This document shows positions 60,274 to 64,000 of a stretch of 64,000 nt of DNA, one piece after another. This DNA is from an uncultured delta proteobacterium (GTDB lineage: Bacteria; Myxococcota_A; Polyangia; Fen-1088). Under the pieces are notes generated by a model. The model made no database searches. It was given only the letters and a program-made list of their open reading frames with translations, and was not told where the DNA came from. The position numbers and the translations under genes were made by a program. How positions within the stretch are numbered: position 1 is the stretch's first letter; each line of letters opens with the position of its first letter. The stretch covers positions 768,001 to 832,000 of the forward strand of contig CAWCMR010000008.1 of NCBI GenBank assembly GCA_963796685.1. Direction: 5' to 3'.

Positions 60274-61424
60274 GGTGGTGCGTGCCTCGAGGACATGTTC
60301 GGTGCCGTGCGGGGACTTACTCCATCGGAATCGAAGGGGGCGGCTCGCCAGAGCACCATCACAAAATCCTCGCCAAACCTCCAGTCAAGCAGAGCCCGAT
60401 CAGGCGCGGACACATTCGCGTATAGGCGGTGCTCCTCGATGGGGTGGTTCGAATCGGCGGACAGCCCCAGGAACGAGAGCCCCTTCTTGAACGGGAAATG
60501 CTCTCTCTGCTCTGGCGTCAGGCGCAGCAGTGCGGCGATGCGCGGCCGCGCCGACGTGTGTTCTCGGGTGTCAGCCCACTCGGCGATGACCTCGTCGGGG
60601 ATGTAGTTCTCGATCGCCCTCTTGGTTAGAACGACGTGCGGTATGCCGAGACGTTCGCACGTCTCGCGAATCTCGTTGGCCATCTTCGAGATGTCGCCCG
60701 GGAAACGACTATCGTTGTCGGTGAACACGACTGCGCGAAATGGGACGTCGGCAGCTTCGCTCTTCTCGTGTTCGTGCTTCACGAGCTTTTTCAACTCCCC
60801 GCTACCACCCACACTGTCGTACTTGAGAGCCTGGTCCCGAAGCTGTTTGAGGCGCAACAGCTCCGGATCGCCGAGGACGGCCAAGACCGCATCCAGGAAA
60901 GCCCCATCAGTGTTCCGATTCTCCATCAAAACCACCAACGGTTTCTGCAAGAGCTGGACGGCTTTCTCGGGACTCAGGGAAACCGGCCTCTCCTGCTTCC
61001 CCACCAGAGACACCACCGTAGTCTCTGACGCGTCTACGGTCGCGGACAAGTCCAGAACTCCCAGCCGATCATGGCTAGCTTTGAAATCGAAGGCCACCGA
61101 GCCGTGAGGAGCGCCGCCATGTATTAGATCTCGAAGCGTCCGTCCAAACGAAACCCCATCAACCTCCAGCGGAAAGCCACCCGGAGTAGTCAGAGAGGAG
61201 GATCCGATAGAACCCTGAGGCCCGATCGCACCCTGCGGGCCGGCGAAAGGCATTCCTGCACGCGGCGCACGGGAGGAGAGGGAGCGAAGGAGCAGTCGGG
61301 GTAGCCGAAGCAAGGCGGACTTGCCGCTGTTGTTTCGGCCGATGAAGAGCGTGAGAGGGCACACGTCGATGGTTACCGGCGACTTGAACGGCTTGTAATT
61401 GGTACAGCCAAATCGACGAAGCAT
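60270..61424 (-). CDS. chimeric ORF: N-terminal ABC/AAA ATPase fragment fused to a TOPRIM-like domain
   Basis: NYKPF..LTLFIGRNNSGKS Walker A with no Walker B or signature; then VLMEN..DG, GG.G, DND, KRAIENY; stop overlaps the jetB ATG. Confidence 0.7.
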   Translation of the reverse strand: MLRRFGCTNYKPFKSPVTIDVCPLTLFIGRNNSGKSALLRLPRLLLRSLSSRAPRAGMPFAGPQGAIGPQGSIGSSSLTTPGGFPLEVDGVSFGRTLRDLIHGGAPHGSVAFDFKASHDRLGVLDLSATVDASETTVVSLVGKQERPVSLSPEKAVQLLQKPLVVLMENRNTDGAFLDAVLAVLGDPELLRLKQLRDQALKYDSVGGSGELKKLVKHEHEKSEAADVPFRAVVFTDNDSRFPGDISKMANEIRETCERLGIPHVVLTKRAIENYIPDEVIAEWADTREHTSARPRIAALLRLTPEQREHFPFKKGLSFLGLSADSNHPIEEHRLYANVSAPDRALLDWRFGEDFVMVLWRAAPFDSDGVSPRTAPNMSSRHAPP

Positions 61425-61546
61425 ATGTGTCTCCTCGCTTCCTCGGAAGGATAGTTCTTACCACGCAGTGCCACTTCCGTGGAGCAGGTTCTTCCGCTTC
61501 CGGAGGGACGTCCTGGGCGCCCCTGGCCGGGGAAACGATGCAATGC

Positions 61547-61708
61547 TTACCTGCAATACACCACCAGCGGCACCGTGGCCTGGCGCCGGAGGCCGGTGGC
61601 GTCGGTCCAGGCGATGACCTGCTTGTGCTCGTCGTCGATGAGCGCATGGCTATCGTCGGCGGCCAGGCTCAGGTAGGCCACGATCTCGGCCATGCCGCGT
61701 TCGAGCGG
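61547..61708 (-). repeat. diverged duplicate of the last 162 bp of jetA
   Basis: Ungapped match to 62459-62620, about 19 mismatches by hand count; encodes PLERGMAEIVAYL...ATVPLVVYCR-stop. Confidence 0.95.
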
Positions 61709-61737
61709 CGCGCACCTTATCTTCGAGAGAGCATCGG

Positions 61738-61766
61738 TTGTCGGGACACCTCCGAATGTGTATAGT
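61738..61766 (+). promoter_or_regulatory. sigma70 promoter of vapBC (leaderless)
   Basis: TTGTCG-N17-TATAGT-N7-ATG; TGTGTAT repeated twice, possible operator. Confidence 0.65.
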
Positions 61767-61773
61767 GGTGTGT

Positions 61774-61995
61774 ATGGCGACTGCAGCGCGGTCAACCCGC
61801 ACCAACATCCTACTCGACGAGGATCTGATCTCCGAGGCGACTCGCCTGACGGGCATCTCCACCCGACGCGGCCTTGTCCACGAAGCCCTGCGCGCACTCA
61901 TCGCGCAGAGACGCCGACGACCGCTGTCCGAGCTTAGGGGCAAGATCGAGTTTGTACCAGGCTACGACTACAAGGCGGCACGGTCTGCTCGCTGA
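61774..61995 (+). CDS. vapB: VapB-family antitoxin
   Basis: RTNILLDEDL..A..LTG..T...V.EAL.AL, L.GKI.F..YDYK. Confidence 0.88.
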   Translation: MATAARSTRTNILLDEDLISEATRLTGISTRRGLVHEALRALIAQRRRRPLSELRGKIEFVPGYDYKAARSAR

Positions 61996-62414
61996 TGATC
62001 CTGGTCGACACCTCGGTTCTGATCGATTTCCTACGCGGAAAGAATACCCCCGCCGTCGCATTCCTCGCCCGCCTAGAGGCGGACGATGTGCCGTTCGCGA
62101 TTCCCCTCGTGTGCTGCCAAGAGGTCATGCAGGGCGCGCGTGACGAAAAGGAATGGCGGCTGTTGCGTGAGCATCTGTCTTCGCAGCAACTCGCCGTGCC
62201 GGTGGATCCCGCGGCGCTACATTGGGAAGCAGCCCGCATCTTCTTCGACTGCCGCCGTCGCGGGCTCACCGTACGAAGCAGCGTGGATTGCCTCATCGCT
62301 GCCCATGCCATCGAGGCCGAGGCCACTCTTCTCCACAACGACGAAGACTTCGAGCGCATCAAGAGAGTACGGAAAGGGTTGCGAACGGAGATGGGTGCCG
62401 ACCCAAAGCGGTGA
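61995..62414 (+). CDS. vapC: VapC PIN-domain toxin
   Basis: ILVDTSVLID, QEV.QG, DCLIAA, LLHNDEDF; TGATG overlap with vapB. Confidence 0.92.
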   Translation: MILVDTSVLIDFLRGKNTPAVAFLARLEADDVPFAIPLVCCQEVMQGARDEKEWRLLREHLSSQQLAVPVDPAALHWEAARIFFDCRRRGLTVRSSVDCLIAAHAIEAEATLLHNDEDFERIKRVRKGLRTEMGADPKR

Positions 62415-62458
62415 TCTCGACGAGGGACCGAGATTCGTCGAACATTGCTATTCTGCGC

Positions 62459-63895
62459 TCACCTGCAATACACCACCAGCGGTACCGTCGCCCGACGCTC
62501 GCAACCGGTGGCGTCGGTCCAGGCGATGGTCTGCTTGTGCTCGTCGTCGATGAGGGCGCGGCTGTCGTCGGCGGCCAGGCTCAGGTAGGCAACGATCTCG
62601 GCCAAGCCACGTTCGAGCGGACGTGTCTCGACGATCTCGGCCAGGGAAATCTGCGGCCGGGTCTGCAAGGCACGACGGATGTGCGCGGCCAATTCCGTCT
62701 TGTCGACGTAGATCTGTTCATAAAGCATGTCGGTGGGAATGTCGCCCGCACCTTCGACCAGAATCTGGTCGGCGATGGTCGGCTTCCAGGGCGGCGAAAA
62801 CAGCGGACGCTCCATGGGCAGATCGACGGTGGGCCCCGGCTCATCGAGCTCGATGAAGGTGCCGGGGGGAGGCCGATCGCGCATCGCCAGCGCGCCTTGC
62901 TCGATGGCGCGGATGGTCTGCATGATCTGCCGATTCTCCAACCACACCTTGTCATCGAGGTAGCGGCGTAGTTGCTCCGACAGACGCGCCACGGTCCGCT
63001 GCGCGACCTCGCCGGCTTCCAACCAGTCGTAGTGCACGCGCAGAAGGCGCGTGCTCGGCTCCAGCTTCTGCACCGCCGCAAGCGCGAAGACCGACTCGAG
63101 CAGCGAGGACAGCTCCTCCTGCCGGACCGGCGACATCAGGAAATCCCAGAACGCGCGAAAGCTGCGGCCTTGGTCCGAATCGCTGATGGCGTCGCGCTCG
63201 CCGAAGATCTCGTCGAGCAGGGCACCCTTGCTGCCGTCCCAGGTCGCGATCTTTTCCCGCACCGCACGGTCGAGGTCGCGAAAGCTCTGCTCGAGCTCGC
63301 GAAAATCCGCCAGCAAGGCATACGCGGTGTCCGACATCTGCGCGAAACGATCGCGCACCTGGGCCGCATCCATCAAGTCGACGCGGCCTTCGCGCACGCG
63401 CGCAAGCTCGGCGGCAATCTCGGCCTGGCGCTTTTCCAGCTCGGCGATGCGCGCCTTGGGATCGACCTCGGTGCCCTGCACGATCTGGCGCAGGAGCTCG
63501 AACACCGTGATGAGGCGCGACTCGGTGCCGACGAATTGGCGTTGCTGCAAGCCGGCCAGCCAGGCCAGGGCCTTTTCCGTCGCGGGCGTCAGATCGAAGT
63601 GCGGCTCGTCGCTGTCCGGTGGGTAGTACTTGCGCAGCCAGCCCCGCCCGTCCGCCGCCCACTCGTCGAGATACTCGCCCGCGGCGCGCGGGAACGCGCC
63701 CTCTCCCAGCCGCTCGCGCAGGTGGAAAAGGTAGTCGTCGAGCTTCGCGACCAACTCTTGCCGCGCGAGGGTCCGCACATTGGGCTCGACGAAGCTGCGG
63801 TATAGAAAGCTCGCCACGAGCGGCGCGCTGTCCGCCATCAGCAGGCGCCAAGCCGGGTGCCGCTTACGAAGAGCCTCGAGGGTCTGGAAATCCAT
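62459..63895 (-). CDS. jetA: Wadjet JetA (DUF3375-like)
   Basis: HPAWRLL, GWLRKYY, FVGTESRL, SDQGRSF.AFWDFL, LSEQLRRYLD, PLERGLAE.VAY. Confidence 0.92.
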   Translation of the reverse strand: MDFQTLEALRKRHPAWRLLMADSAPLVASFLYRSFVEPNVRTLARQELVAKLDDYLFHLRERLGEGAFPRAAGEYLDEWAADGRGWLRKYYPPDSDEPHFDLTPATEKALAWLAGLQQRQFVGTESRLITVFELLRQIVQGTEVDPKARIAELEKRQAEIAAELARVREGRVDLMDAAQVRDRFAQMSDTAYALLADFRELEQSFRDLDRAVREKIATWDGSKGALLDEIFGERDAISDSDQGRSFRAFWDFLMSPVRQEELSSLLESVFALAAVQKLEPSTRLLRVHYDWLEAGEVAQRTVARLSEQLRRYLDDKVWLENRQIMQTIRAIEQGALAMRDRPPPGTFIELDEPGPTVDLPMERPLFSPPWKPTIADQILVEGAGDIPTDMLYEQIYVDKTELAAHIRRALQTRPQISLAEIVETRPLERGLAEIVAYLSLAADDSRALIDDEHKQTIAWTDATGCERRATVPLVVYCR

Positions 63896-63898
63896 TGC

Positions 63899-64000
63899 CT
63901 AGCTCGGCAAATTCGGCCGCTGACTCAAGATTTCGAACGCCTCGCCGTCAGGCACGGACAGACCTGCGGCCAACGTGGATTCGAACATGGCTTTTTCTAT
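63899..64000 (-). CDS. 3' end of an unidentified gene immediately upstream of jetA
   Basis: Frame open from the window edge (IEKAMFEST...NLPS-stop), ending 3 nt before the jetA ATG. Confidence 0.4.
   Translation of the reverse strand: MEKAMFESTLAAGLSVPDGEAFEILSQRPNLPS

Noticed and set aside
61200-61245. Collagen-like GPQGAIGPQGSIG as substrate for the PLOD-like GT
   Set aside because: Only about four triplets from an 18-bp duplication in a cytoplasmic protein 35 kb away.
61547-61897. 116-aa ORF ending in the JetA C-terminus as a separate gene
   Set aside because: Its N-terminal half is antisense to vapB and its promoter; better explained as the displaced jetA tail.

Overview
GC-rich bacterial chromosomal window. 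Its gene content (Oar-like TonB receptor, Cys-rich lipoproteins, Hanks-type kinase, PilZ protein) suggests Myxococcota, which is my inference and not a database result. Most of it is housekeeping or envelope: lpdA, galE, ahpCF-ferritin, a GT-C/GT2 glycosylation cluster, an RhlE-like helicase, wecE, tRNA-Pro, rdgB-rph, gltBD, pheA, fabI and leuA. The right end holds a type I Wadjet (jetABCD) anti-plasmid operon split between jetA and jetB. The insert carries an antisense vapBC module bracketed by a diverged 162-bp duplication of the jetA 3' end, plus a half-ATPase/TOPRIM-like gene translationally coupled to jetB. Other notable items: a chorismate mutase-PDT-ACT-DAHP synthase fusion whose PDT catalytic motif is degenerate, near an intact stand-alone PDT; a GlnR-like regulator divergent from gltBD with 11-bp-phased boxes; a RelE/ParE TA pair flanked by attC-like remnants; a MITE-like element supplying both stop codons of two convergent genes; an internally deleted MATE gene; a PLOD-like glycosyltransferase; many apparently leaderless genes; and three +1 frameshifts all at AGCT (possibly sequencing artefacts). 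All calls come from motif recognition by eye; no searches were run.
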